The notes below the pieces were generated by a model that worked only from the letters and a program-made list of their open reading frames with translations, did no database searches and was not told the origin of the DNA. From positions 1-44,632 of the forward strand of contig JAUCBJ010003977.1 in NCBI GenBank assembly GCA_032718475.1: a stretch of 44,632 bases of DNA, written 5' to 3'. Shown here piece by piece: positions 1 to 15,000 of the stretch. The first letter of the stretch is position 1, and each line of letters begins with the position of its first letter. The stretch comes from Nemertoderma westbladi (lineage: Eukaryota > Animalia > Xenacoelomorpha). The translations under genes were made by a program, and so were the position numbers.

Positions 1-3000
1 GGACACTTTATATGACCCCGAGAGTTCCACAGGACACTTTATATGACCCCGAGAGTTCCACAGGTCACTTTATATGACCCCGAGAGTTTCACAGGACACT
101 TTATATGACCCCGAGAGTTCCACAGGACACTTTATATGACCCCGAGAGTTCCACAGGACACTTTATATGATCCCGAGAGTTCCACAGGACACTTTATATG
201 ACCCCGAGAGTTTCACAGGACACTTTATATGACCCCGAGAGTTCCACAGGACACTTTATATGACCCCGAGAGTTCCACAGGACACTTTATATGACCCCGA
301 GAGTTCCACAGGTCACTTTATATGACCCCGAGAGTTTCACAGGACACTTTATATGACCCTGAGAGTTCCACAGGACACTTTATATGACACCGAGAGTTCC
401 ACAGGACACTTTATATGACACCGAGAGTTCCACAGGACACTTTATATGACCCTGAGAGTTCCACAGGACACTTTATATGACCCTGAGAGTTCCACAGGAC
501 ACTTTATATGATCCCGAGAGTTTCACATGACACTTTATATGACCCTGAGAGTTTCACAGGACACTTTATATGACCCTGAGAGTTTCACAGGACACTTTAT
601 ATGATCCCGAGAGTTTCACAGGACACTTTATATGACGCCGAGAGTTCCACAGGACACTTTATATGATCCCGAGAGTTCCACAGGACACTTTATATGACCC
701 TGAGAGTTTCACAGGACACTTTATATGACCCTGAGAGTTCCACAGGACACTTTATATGATCCCGAGAGTTCCACAGGACACTTTATATGATCCCGAGAGT
801 TTCACATGACACTTTATATGATCCCGAGAGTTTCACATGACACTTTATATGACCCTGAGAGTTTCACAGGACACTTTATATGACCCTGAGAGTTTCACAG
901 GACACTTTATATGATCCCGAGAGTTTCACAGGACACTTTATATGACGCCGAGAGTTCCACAGGACACTTTATATGATCCCGAGAGTTCCACAGGACACTT
1001 TATATGACCCTGAGAGTTTCACAGGACACTTTATATGACCCTGAGAGTTCCACAGGACACTTTATATGATCCCGAGAGTTCCACAGGACACTTTATATGA
1101 TCCCGAGAGTTCCACAGGACACTTTATATGATCCCGAGAGTTTCACAGGACACTTTATATGACCCTGAGAGTTCCACAGGACACTTTATATGACCTCGAG
1201 AGTTCCACAGGACACTTTATATGATCCCGAGAGTTTCACAGGACACTTTATATGACGCCGAGAGTTCCACAGGACACTTTATATGATCCCGAGAGTTCCA
1301 CAGGACACTTTATATGACCCTGAGAGTTTCACAGGACACTTTATATGACGCCGAGAGTTCCACAGGACACTTTATATGATCCCGAGAGTTCCACAGGACA
1401 CTTTATATGACCTCGAGAGTTCCACAGGACACTTTATATGATCCCGAGAGTTTCACAGGACACTTTATATGACGCCGAGAGTTCCACAGGACACTTTATA
1501 TGATCCCGAGAGTTCCACAGGACACTTTATATGACGCCGAGAGTTCCACAGGACACTTTATATGATCCCGAGAGTTCCACAGGACACTTTATATGACCCT
1601 GAGAGTTTCACAGGACACTTTATATGACCCTGAGAGTTTCACAGGACACTTTATATGATCCCGAGAGTTTCACAGGACACTTTATATGACGCCGAGAGTT
1701 CCACAGGACACTTTATATGATCCCGAGAGTTCCACAGGACACTTTATATGACCCTGAGAGTTTCACAGGACACTTTATATGACCCTGAGAGTTCCACAGG
1801 ACACTTTATATGATCCCGAGAGTTCCACAGGACACTTTATATGATCCCGAGAGTTTCACATGACACTTTGTATGACCCTGAGAGTTCCACAGGACACTTT
1901 ATATGACCTCGAGAGTTCCACAGGACACTTTATATGATCCCGAGAGTTTCACAGGACACTTTATATGACGCCGAGAGTTCCACAGGACACTTTATATGAT
2001 CCCGAGAGTTCCACAGGACACTTTATATGACCCTGAGAGTTTCACAGGACACTTTATATGACGCCGAGAGTTCCACAGGACACTTTATATGATCCCGAGA
2101 GTTCCACAGGACACTTTATATGACCTCGAGAGTTCCACAGGACACTTTATATGATCCCGAGAGTTTCACAGGACACTTTATATGACGCCGAGAGTTCCAC
2201 AGGACACTTTATATGATCCCGAGAGTTCCACAGGACACTTTATATGACGCCGAGAGTTCCACAGGACACTTTATATGATCCCGAGAGTTCCACAGGACAC
2301 TTTATATGACCTCGAGAGTTCCACAGGACACTTTATATGATCCCGAGAGTTTCACAGGACACTTTATATGACGCCGAGAGTTCCACAGGACACTTTATAT
2401 GATCCCGAGAGTTCCACAGGACACTTTATATGACCCTGAGAGTTTCACAGGACACTTTATATGACGCCGAGAGTTCCACAGGACACTTTATATGATCCCG
2501 AGAGTTCCACAGGACACTTTATATGACCTCGAGAGTTCCACAGGACACTTTATATGATCCCGAGAGTTTCACAGGACACTTTATATGACGCCGAGAGTTC
2601 CACAGGACACTTTATATGATCCCGAGAGTTCCACAGGACACTTTATATGACGCCGAGAGTTCCACAGGACACTTTATATGATCCCGAGAGTTCCACAGGA
2701 CACTTTATATGACCCTGAGAGTTTCACAGGACACTTTATATGACCCTGAGAGTTTCACAGGACACTTTATATGATCCCGAGAGTTTCACAGGACACTTTA
2801 TATGACGCCGAGAGTTCCACAGGACACTTTATATGATCCCGAGAGTTCCACAGGACACTTTATATGACCCTGAGAGTTTCACAGGACACTTTATATGACC
2901 CTGAGAGTTCCACAGGACACTTTATATGATCCCGAGAGTTCCACAGGACACTTTATATGATCCCGAGAGTTTCACATGACACTTTATATGATCCCGAGAG

Positions 3001-6000
3001 TTTCACATGACACTTTATATGACCCTGAGAGTTTCACAGGACACTTTATATGACCCTGAGAGTTTCACAGGACACTTTATATGATCCCGAGAGTTTCACA
3101 GGACACTTTATATGACGCCGAGAGTTCCACAGGACACTTTATATGATCCCGAGAGTTCCACAGGACACTTTATATGACCCTGAGAGTTTCACAGGACACT
3201 TTATATGACCCTGAGAGTTCCACAGGACACTTTATATGATCCCGAGAGTTCCACAGGACACTTTATATGATCCCGAGAGTTCCACAGGACACTTTATATG
3301 ATCCCGAGAGTTTCACAGGACACTTTATATGACCCTGAGAGTTCCACAGGACACTTTATATGACCTCGAGAGTTCCACAGGACACTTTATATGATCCCGA
3401 GAGTTTCACAGGACACTTTATATGACGCCGAGAGTTCCACAGGACACTTTATATGATCCCGAGAGTTCCACAGGACACTTTATATGACCCTGAGAGTTTC
3501 ACAGGACACTTTATATGACGCCGAGAGTTCCACAGGACACTTTATATGATCCCGAGAGTTCCACAGGACACTTTATATGACCCTGAGAGTTTCACAGGAC
3601 ACTTTATATGACGCCGAGAGTTCCACAGGACACTTTATATGATCCCGAGAGTTCCACAGGACACTTTATATGACCCTGAGAGTTTCACAGGACACTTTAT
3701 ATGACCCTGAGAGTTCCACAGGACACTTTATATGATCCCGAGAGTTTCACAGGACACTTTATATGACCCTGAGAGTTCCACAGGACACTTTATATGACCC
3801 CGAGAGTTCCACAGGACACTTTATATGATCCCGAGAGTTCCACAGGACACTTTATATGATCCCGAGAGTTCCACAGGACACTTTATATGACCCCGAGAGT
3901 TTCACAGGACACTTTATATGATCCCGAGAGTTCCACAGGACACTTTATATGACCCCGAGAGTTCCACAGGGCACTTTATATGACGCCGAGAGTTTCACAG
4001 GACACTTTATATGATCCCGAGAGTTCCACCGGACACTTTATATGACCCCGAGAGTTCCACCGGACACTTTATATGACCCTGAGAGTTTCACAGGACACTT
4101 TATATGATCCCGAGAGTTTCACAGGACACTTTATATGACCCCGAGAGTTCCACAGGACACTTTATATGACACCGAGAGTTCCACAGGACACTTTATATGA
4201 CACCGAGAGTTCCACAGGACACTTTATATGACCCTGAGAGTTTCACAGGACACTTTATATGATCCCGAGAGTTTCACAGGACACTTTATATGACCCCGAG
4301 AGTTCCACCGGACACTTTATATGACCCCGAGAGTTCCACCGGACACTTTATATGACCCTGAGAGTTTCACAGGACACTTTATATGATCCCGAGAGTTTCA
4401 CAGGGCACTTTATATGACTCTGAGAGTTCCACAGGACACTTTATATGACCCCGAGAGTTTCACAGGGCACTTTATATGACTCTGAGAGTTCCACAGGACA
4501 CTTTATATGACCCTGAGAGTTCCACAGGACACTTTATATGACCCTGAGAGTTTCACAGGACACTTTATATGATCCCGAGAGTTTCACAGGACACTTTATA
4601 TGACCCTGAGAGTTCCACAGGACACTTTATATGACCCCGAGAGTTCCACAGGACACTTTATATGACCCCGAGGAGTTTCACAGGACACTTTATATGACCC
4701 TGAGAGTTCCACAGGACACTTTATATGACCCCGAGGAGTTTCACAGGACACTTTATATGACCCTGAGAGTTCCACAGGACACTTTATATGACCCCGAGGA
4801 GTTTCACAGGACACTTTATATGACCCTGAGAGTTTCACAGGACACTTTATATGACACCGAGAGTTTCACAGGACACTTTATATGACCCTGAGAGTTTCAC
4901 AGGACACTTTATATGACCCTGAGAGTTCCACAGGACACTTTATATGACCCCGAGGAGTTTCACAGGACACTTTATATGACCCTGAGAGTTCCACAGGACA
5001 CTTCATATGACCCCGAGAGTTCCACAGGACACTTTATATGATCCCGAGAGTTTCACAGGACACTTTATATGACCCTGAGAGTTTCACAGGACACTTTATA
5101 TGACCTCGAGAGTTCCACAGGACACTTTATATGACCCCGAGAGTTCCACAGGACACTTTATATGACCCTGAGAGTTTCACAGGACACTTTATATGATCCC
5201 GAGAGTTTCACAGGACACTTTATATGACCCCGAGAGTTCCACCGGACACTTTATATGACCCCGAGAGTTCCACCGGACACTTTATATGACCTTGAGAGTT
5301 TCACAGGACACTTTATATGATCCCGAGAGTTTCACAGGGCACTTTATATGACTCTGAGAGTTCCACAGGACACTTTATATGACCCCGAGAGTTCCACAGG
5401 ACACTTTATATGACCCTGAGAGTTTCACAGGACACTTTATATGATCCCGAGAGTTCCACAGGACACTTTATATGCCCTGAGAGTTTCACAGGACACTTTA
5501 TATGACCCTGAGAGTTCCACAGGACACTTTATATGACCCCGAGAGTTCCACAGGACACTTTATATGACCCTGAGAGTTTCACAGGACACTTTATATGATC
5601 CCGAGAGTTCCACAGGACATTTTATATGACCCTGAGAGTTCCACAGGACACTTTATATGACCCTGAGAGTTTCACAGGACACTTTATATGACCCTGAGAG
5701 TTCCACAGGACACTTTATATGACCCCGAGAGTTCCACAGGACACTTTATATGATCCCGAGAGTTCCACAGGACATTTTATATGACCCTGAGAGTTTCACA
5801 GGACACTTTATATGACCCCGAGAGTTCCACAGGACACTTTATATGACCCCGAGAGTTTCACAGGACACTTTATATGACCCCGAGAGTTCCACAGGACACT
5901 TTATATGACCCCGATAGTTTCACAGGACACTTTATATGACCCCGAGAGTTCCACCGGACACTTTATATGACCCTGAGAGTTTCACAGGACACTTTATATG

Positions 6001-9000
6001 ATCCCGAGAGTTTCACAGGACACTTTATATGACCCCGAGAGTTTCACAGGACACTTTATATGACCCCGAGAGTTTCACAGGACACTTTATATGACCCCGA
6101 GAGTTCCACCGGACACTTTATATGACCCCGAGAGTTTCACAGGACACTTTATATGACCCCGAGAGTTTCACAGGACACTTTATATGACCCCGAGAGTTCC
6201 ACAGGGCACTTTATATGACCCTGAGAGTTTCACAGGACACTTTATATGATCCCGAGAGTTTCACAGGACACTTCATATGACCCCGAGAGTTCCACCGGAC
6301 ACTTTATATGACCCTGAGAGTTTCACAGGACACTTTATATGATCCCGAGAGTTTCACAGGACACTTTATATGACCCCGAGAGTTTCACAGGACACTTTAT
6401 ATGACCCCGAGAGTTTCACAGGACACTTTATATGACCCCGAGAGTTTCACAGGACACTTTATATGACCCTGAGAGTTTCACAGGACACTTTATATGATCC
6501 CGAGAGTTTCACAGGACACTTTATATGACCCCGAGAGTTTCACAGGACACTTTATATGACCCCGAGAGTTCCACAGGACACTTTATATGACCCCGAGAGT
6601 TCCACCGGACACTTTATATGACCCTGAGAGTTTCACAGGACACTTTATATGATCCCGAGAGTTTCACAGGACACTTTATATGACCCCGAGAGTTTCACAG
6701 GACACTTTATATGATCCCGAGAGTTTCACAGGACACTTCATATGACCCCGAGAGTTCCACCGGACACTTTATATGACCCTGAGAGTTTCACAGGACACTT
6801 TATATGATCCCGAGAGTTTCACAGGACACTTTATATGATCCCGAGAGTTTCACAGGACACTTTATATGACCCTGAGAGTTTCACAGGACACTTTATATGA
6901 TCCCGAGAGTTTCACAGGACACTTCATATGACCCCGAGAGTTCCACCGGACACTTTATATGACCCTGAGAGTTTCACAGGACACTTTATATGATCCCGAG
7001 AGTTTCACAGGACACTTTATATGATCCCGAGAGTTTCACAGGACACTTTATATGACCCTGAGAGTTTCACAGGACACTTTATATGATCCCGAGAGTTTCA
7101 CAGGACACTTCATATGACCCCGAGAGTTCCACCGGACACTTTATATGACCCTGAGAGTTTCACAGGACACTTTATATGATCCCGAGAGTTTCACAGGACA
7201 CTTTATATGATCCCGAGAGTTTCACAGGACACTTTATATGACCCTGAGAGTTTCACAGGACACTTTATATGACCCCGAGAGTTCCACAGGACACTTTATA
7301 TGACCCTGAGAGTTCCACAGGACACTTTATATGACCCCGAGAGTTCCACAGGACACTTTATATGACCCTGAGAGTTCCACAGGACACTTTATATGACCCT
7401 GAGAGTTTCACAGGACACTTTATATGATCCCGAGAGTTTCACAGGGCACTTTATATGACTCTGAGAGTTCCACAGGACACTTTATATGACCCCGAGAGTT
7501 CCACAGGACACTTTATATGACCCCGAGAGTTCCACCGGACACTTTATATGACCCCGAGAGTTCCACCGGACACTTTATATGACCCCGAGAGTTCCACCGG
7601 ACACTTTATATGACCCTAAGAGTTTCACAGGACACTTTATATGACCCCGAGAGTTCCACAGGACACTTTATATGACACCGAGAGTTCCACAGGACACTTT
7701 ATATGACCCTGAGAGTTCCACAGGACACTTTATATGACCCCGAGAGTTCCACAGGACACTTTATATGATCCCGAGAGTTTCACATGACACTTTATATGAT
7801 CCCGAGAGTTTCAAGGACACTTTATATGATCCCGAGAGTTCCACAGGACACTTTATATGACCCCGAGAGTTCCACAGGACACTTTATATGACCCCGAGAG
7901 TTCCACAGGACACTTTATATGACACCGAGAGTTTCACAGGACACTTTATATGACCCCGAGAGTTCCACAGGACACTTTATATGATCCCGAGAGTTTCAAG
8001 GACACTTTATATGATCCCGAGAGTTCCACAGGACACTTTATATGACCCCGAGAGTTCCACAGGACACTTTATATGACCCCGAGAGTTCCACAGGACACTT
8101 TATATGACACCGAGAGTTTCACAGGACACTTTATATGACCCCGAGAGTTCCACAGGACACTTTATATGATCCCGAGAGTTCCACAGGACACTTTATATGA
8201 CCCCGAGAGTTCCACAGGACACTTTATATGACCCCGAGAGTTCCACAGGACACTTTATATGACACCGAGAGTTTCACAGGACACTTTATATGACCCTGAG
8301 AGTTCCACAGGACACTTTATATGACCCTGAGAGTTCCACAGGACACTTTATATGATCCCGAGAGTTTCAAGGACACTATATATGACCCCGAGAGTTCCAC
8401 AGGACACTTTATATGACCCCGAGAGTTCCACAGGACACTTTATATGACACCGAGAGTTCCACACGACACTTTATATGACCCCGAGAGTTCCACAGGACAC
8501 TTTATATGACCCCGAGAGTTCCACAGGACACTTTATATGACACCGAGAGTTCCACAGGACACTTTATATGACACCGAGAGTTCCACAGGACACTTTATAT
8601 GACACCGAGAGTTCCACAGGACACTTTATATGACCTCGAGAGTTCCACAGGACACTTTATATGACCCCGAGAGTTCCACAGGACACTTTATATGACCCTG
8701 AGAGTTTCACAGGACACTTTATATGACACCGAGAGTTCCACAGGACACTTTATATGACCCCGAGAGTTCCACAGGACACTTTATATGACCCCGAGAGTTC
8801 CACAGGACACTTTATATGACACCGAGAGTTTCACAGGACACTTTATATGACCCCGAGAGTTCCACAGGACACTTTATATGACCTCGAGAGTTCCACAGGA
8901 CACTTTATATGACACCGAGAGTTCCACAGGACACTTTATATGACCCCGAGAGTTCCACAGGACACTTTATATGACCCCGAGAGTTCCACAGGACACTTTA

Positions 9001-12000
9001 TATGACACCGAGAGTTCCACAGGACACTTTATATGACCCCGAGAGTTCCACAGGACACTTTATATGACCCCGAGAGTTCCACAGGACACTTTATATGACA
9101 CCGAGAGTTTCACAGGACACTTTATATGACCCCGAGAGTTCCACAGGACACTTTATATGACCTCGAGAGTTCCACAGGACACTTTATATGACACCGAGAG
9201 TTCCACAGGACACTTTATATGACCCCGAGAGTTCCACAGGACACTTTATATGACACCGAGAGTTTCACAGGACACTTTATATGACCCCGAGAGTTCCACA
9301 GGACACTTTATATGACACCGAGAGTTCCACAGGACACTTTATATGACCCTGAGAGTTTCACAGGACACTTTATATGACCCTGAGAGTTTCACAGGACACT
9401 TTATATGACCCTGAGAGTTCCACAGGACACTTTATATGACGCCGAGAGTTCCACAGGACACTTTATATGACCTCGAGAGTTCCACAGGACACTTTATATG
9501 ACCCCGAGAGTTCCACAGGACACTATATATGACACCGAGAGTTCCACAGGACACTTTATATGACACCGAGAGTTCCACAGGACACTTTATATGACACCGA
9601 GAGTTCCACAGGACACTTTATATGACCCTGAGAGTTCCACAGGACACTTTATATGACCCCGAGAGTTCCACAGGACACTATATATGACACCGAGAGTTCC
9701 ACAGGACACTTTATATGACCCTGAGAGTTCCACAGGACACTTTATATGACACCGAGAGTTCCACAGGACACTTTATATGACCCTGAGAGTTTCACAGGAC
9801 ACTTTATATGACCCCGAGAGTTCCACAGGACACTTTATATGACCCCGAGAGTTCCACAGGACACTTTATATGACCCTGAGAGTTTCACAGGACACTTTAT
9901 ATGACCCTGAGAGTTTCACAGGACACTTTATATGACCCTGAGAGTTCCACAGGACACTTTATATGACACCGAGAGTTCCACAGGACACTTTATATGACCC
10001 CGAGAGTTCCACAGGACACTTTATATGACCCTGAGAGTTTCACAGGACACTTTATATGACCCCGAGAGTTCCACAGGACACTTTATATGACACCGAGAGT
10101 TCCACAGGACACTTTATATGACCCTGAGAGTTTCACAGGACACTTTATATGACCCCGAGAGTTCCACAGGACACTTTATATGACCCCGAGAGTTCCACAG
10201 GACACTTTATATGACCCTGAGAGTTTCACAGGACACTTTATATGACCCCGAGAGTTCCACAGGACACTTTATATGACCCCGAGAGTTCCACAGGACACTT
10301 TATATGACACCGAGAGTTCCACAGGACACTTTATATGACACCGAGAGTTCCACAGGACACTTTATATGACACCGAGAGTTCCACAGGACACTTTATATGA
10401 CCCCGAGAGTTCCACAGGACACTTTATATGACACCGAGAGTTCCACAGGACACTTTATATGACACCGAGAGTTCCACAGGACACTTTATATGACACCGAG
10501 AGTTTCACAGGACACTTTATATGACCCCGAGAGTTCCACAGGACACTTTATATGACCTCGAGAGTTCCACAGGACACTTTATATGACACCGAGAGTTCCA
10601 CAGGACACTTTATATGACCCCGAGAGTTCCACAGGACACTTTATATGACACCGAGAGTTCCACAGGACACTTTATATGATCCCGAGAGTTCCACAGGACA
10701 CTTTATATGACACCGAGAGTTCCACAGGACACTTTATATGACCTCGAGAGTTCCACAGGACACTTTATATGACACCGAGAGTTCCACAGGACACTTTATA
10801 TGACACCGAGAGTTCCACAGGACACTTTATATGACACCGAGAGTTCCACAGGACACTTTATATGACCCCGAGAGTTCCACAGGACACTTTATATGACACC
10901 GAGAGTTCCACAGGACACTTTATATGACACCGAGAGTTCCACAGGACACTTTATATGACACCGAGAGTTTCACAGGACACTTTATATGACCCCGAGAGTT
11001 CCACAGGACACTTTATATGACCTCGAGAGTTCCACAGGACACTTTATATGACACCGAGAGTTCCACAGGACACTTTATATGACCCCGAGAGTTCCACAGG
11101 ACACTTTATATGACACCGAGAGTTCCACAGGACACTTTATATGATCCCGAGAGTTCCACAGGACACTTTATATGACCTCGAGAGTTCCACAGGACACTTT
11201 ATATGACCTCGAGAGTTCCACAGGACACTTTATATGACACCGAGAGTTCCACAGGACACTTTATATGACCCTAAGAGTTTCACAGGACACTTTATATGAC
11301 ACCGAGAGTTCCACAGGACACTTTATATGACCCCGAGAGTTCCACAGGACACTTTATATGACCCCGAGAGTTCCACAGGACACTTTATATGACCCTGAGA
11401 GTTTCACAGGACACTTTATATGACACCGAGAGTTCCACAGGACACTTTATATGACCCCGAGAGTTCCACAGGACACTTTATATGACCCCGAGAGTTCCAC
11501 AGGACACTTTATATGACACCGAGAGTTTCACAGGACACTTTATATGACCCCGAGAGTTCCACAGGACACTTTATATGACCTCGAGAGTTCCACAGGACAC
11601 TTTATATGACACCGAGAGTTCCACAGGACACTTTATATGACACCGAGAGTTCCACAGGACACTTTATATGACCCCGAGAGTTCCACAGGACACTTTATAT
11701 GACACCGAGAGTTCCACAGGACACTTTATATGACCTCGAGAGTTCCACAGGACACTTTATATGATCCCGAGAGTTCCACAGGATACTTTATATGACCCTG
11801 AGAGTTCCACAGGACACTTTATATGATCCCGAGAGTTCCACAGGATACTTTATATGACCCTGAGAGTTCCACAGGACACTTTATATGATCCCGAGAGTTT
11901 CACAGGACACTTTATATGACCCTGAGAGTTCCACAGGACACTTTATATGACCCCGAGAGTTCCACAGGACACTTTATATGACACCGAGAGTTCCACAGGA

Positions 12001-15000
12001 CACTTTATATGACACCGAGAGTTCCACAGGACACTTTATATGACACCGAGAGTTCCACAGGACACTTTATATGACCTCGAGAGTTCCACAGGACACTTTA
12101 TATGACCCCGAGAGTTCCACAGGACACTTTATATGACGCCGAGAGTTCCACAGGACACTTTATATGACCCCGAGAGTTTCACAGGACACTTTATATGACC
12201 CCGAGAGTTCCACAGGACACTTTATATGATCCCGAGAGTTTCACAGGACACTTTATATGACCCCGAGAGTTCCACAGGACACTTTATATGACCCCGAGAG
12301 TTCCACAGGACACTTTATATGACCCTGAGAGTTCCACAGGACACTTTATATGACCCCGAGAGTTCCACAGGTCACTTTATATGATCCCGAGAGTTCCACA
12401 GGACACTTTATATGACCCCGAGAGTTCCACAGGTCACTTTATATGACCCCGAGAGTTCCACAGGACACTTTATATGACCCCGAGAGTTCCACAGGACACT
12501 TTATATGACCCCGAGAGTTTCACAGGACACTTTATATGACCCTGAGAGTTCCACAGGACACTTTATATGATCCCGAGAGTTCCACAGGATACTTTATATG
12601 ACCCTGAGAGTTCCACAGGACACTTTATATGATCCCGAGAGTTCCACAGGATACTTTATATGACCCTGAGAGTTCCACAGGACACTTTATATGATCCCGA
12701 GAGTTTCACAGGACACTTTATATGACCCTGAGAGTTCCACAGGACACTTTATATGACCCCGAGAGTTCCACAGGACACTTTATATGACACCGAGAGTTCC
12801 ACAGGACACTTTATATGACACCGAGAGTTCCACAGGACACTTTATATGACACCGAGAGTTCCACAGGACACTTTATATGACCTCGAGAGTTCCACAGGAC
12901 ACTTTATATGACCCCGAGAGTTCCACAGGACACTTTATATGACCCTGAGAGTTTCACAGGACACTTTATATGACACCGAGAGTTCCACAGGACACTTTAT
13001 ATGACCCCGAGAGTTCCACAGGACACTTTATATGACCCCGAGAGTTCCACAGGACACTTTATATGACACCGAGAGTTTCACAGGACACTTTATATGACCC
13101 CGAGAGTTCCACAGGACACTTTATATGACCTCGAGAGTTCCACAGGACACTTTATATGACCTCGAGAGTTCCACAGGACACTTTATATGACGCCGAGAGT
13201 TTCACAGGACACTTTATATGACCCTGAGAGTTCCACAGGACACTTTATATGACACCGAGAGTTCCACAGGACACTTTATATGACCCCGAGAGTTCCACAG
13301 GACACTTTATATGACACCGAGAGTTCCACAGGACACTTTATATGACACCGAGAGTTCCACAGGACACTTTATATGACCCCGAGAGTTCCACAGGACACTT
13401 TATATGACCCCGAGAGTTCCACAGGACACTTTATATGACACCGAGAGTTCCACAGGACACTTTATATGACACCGAGAGTTCCACAGGACACTTTATATGA
13501 CACCGAGAGTTCCACAGGACACTTTATATGACCCCGAGAGTTCCACAGGACACTTTATATGACACCGAGAGTTCCACAGGACACTTTATATGACACCGAG
13601 AGTTCCACAGGACACTTTATATGACACCGAGAGTTTCACAGGACACTTTATATGACCCCGAGAGTTCCACAGGACACTTTATATGACCTCGAGAGTTCCA
13701 CAGGACACTTTATATGACACCGAGAGTTCCACAGGACACTTTATATGACCCCGAGAGTTCCACAGGACACTTTATATGACCCCGAGAGTTCCACAGGACA
13801 CTTTATATGACACCGAGAGTTTCACAGGACACTTTATATGACCCCGAGAGTTCCACAGGACACTTTATATGACCTCGAGAGTTCCACAGGACACTTTATA
13901 TGACACCGAGAGTTCCACAGGACACTTTATATGACCCCGAGAGTTCCACAGGACACTTTATATGACACCGAGAGTTCCACAGGACACTTTATATGACCCT
14001 GAGAGTTTCACAGGACACTTTATATGACCCTGAGAGTTTCACAGGACACTTTATATGACCCTGAGAGTTCCACAGGACACTTTATATGACGCCGAGAGTT
14101 CCACAGGACACTTTATATGACCTCGAGAGTTCCACAGGACACTTTATATGACCCCGAGAGTTCCACAGGACACTATATATGACACCGAGAGTTCCACAGG
14201 ACACTTTATATGACACCGAGAGTTCCACAGGACACTTTATATGACACCGAGAGTTCCACAGGACACTTTATATGACCCTGAGAGTTTCACAGGACACTTT
14301 ATATGACCCTGAGAGTTTCACAGGACACTTTATATGACCCTGAGAGTTCCACAGGACACTTTATATGACACCGAGAGTTCCACAGGACACTTTATATGAC
14401 CCTGAGAGTTTCACAGGACACTTTATATGACCCCGAGAGTTCCACAGGACACTTTATATGACCCCGAGAGTTCCACAGGACACTTTATATGACCCTGAGA
14501 GTTTCACAGGACACTTTATATGACCCTGAGAGTTTCACAGGACACTTTATATGACCCTGAGAGTTCCACAGGACACTTTATATGACACCGAGAGTTCCAC
14601 AGGACACTTTATATGACCCCGAGAGTTCCACAGGACACTTTATATGACCCTGAGAGTTTCACAGGACACTTTATATGACCCCGAGAGTTCCACAGGACAC
14701 TTTATATGACACCGAGAGTTCCACAGGACACTTTATATGACCCTGAGAGTTTCACAGGACACTTTATATGACCCCGAGAGTTCCACAGGACACTTTATAT
14801 GACCCCGAGAGTTCCACAGGACACTTTATATGACCCTGAGAGTTTCACAGGACACTTTATATGACCCCGAGAGTTCCACAGGACACTTTATATGACCCCG
14901 AGAGTTCCACAGGACACTTTATATGACACCGAGAGTTCCACAGGACACTTTATATGACACCGAGAGTTCCACAGGACACTTTATATGACACCGAGAGTTC

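Noticed and set aside
4596-4885. ORFs on both strands inside the 31-bp satellite
   Set aside because: They arise from 1-bp insertion variants that locally avoid stop codons and are translations of the repeat.
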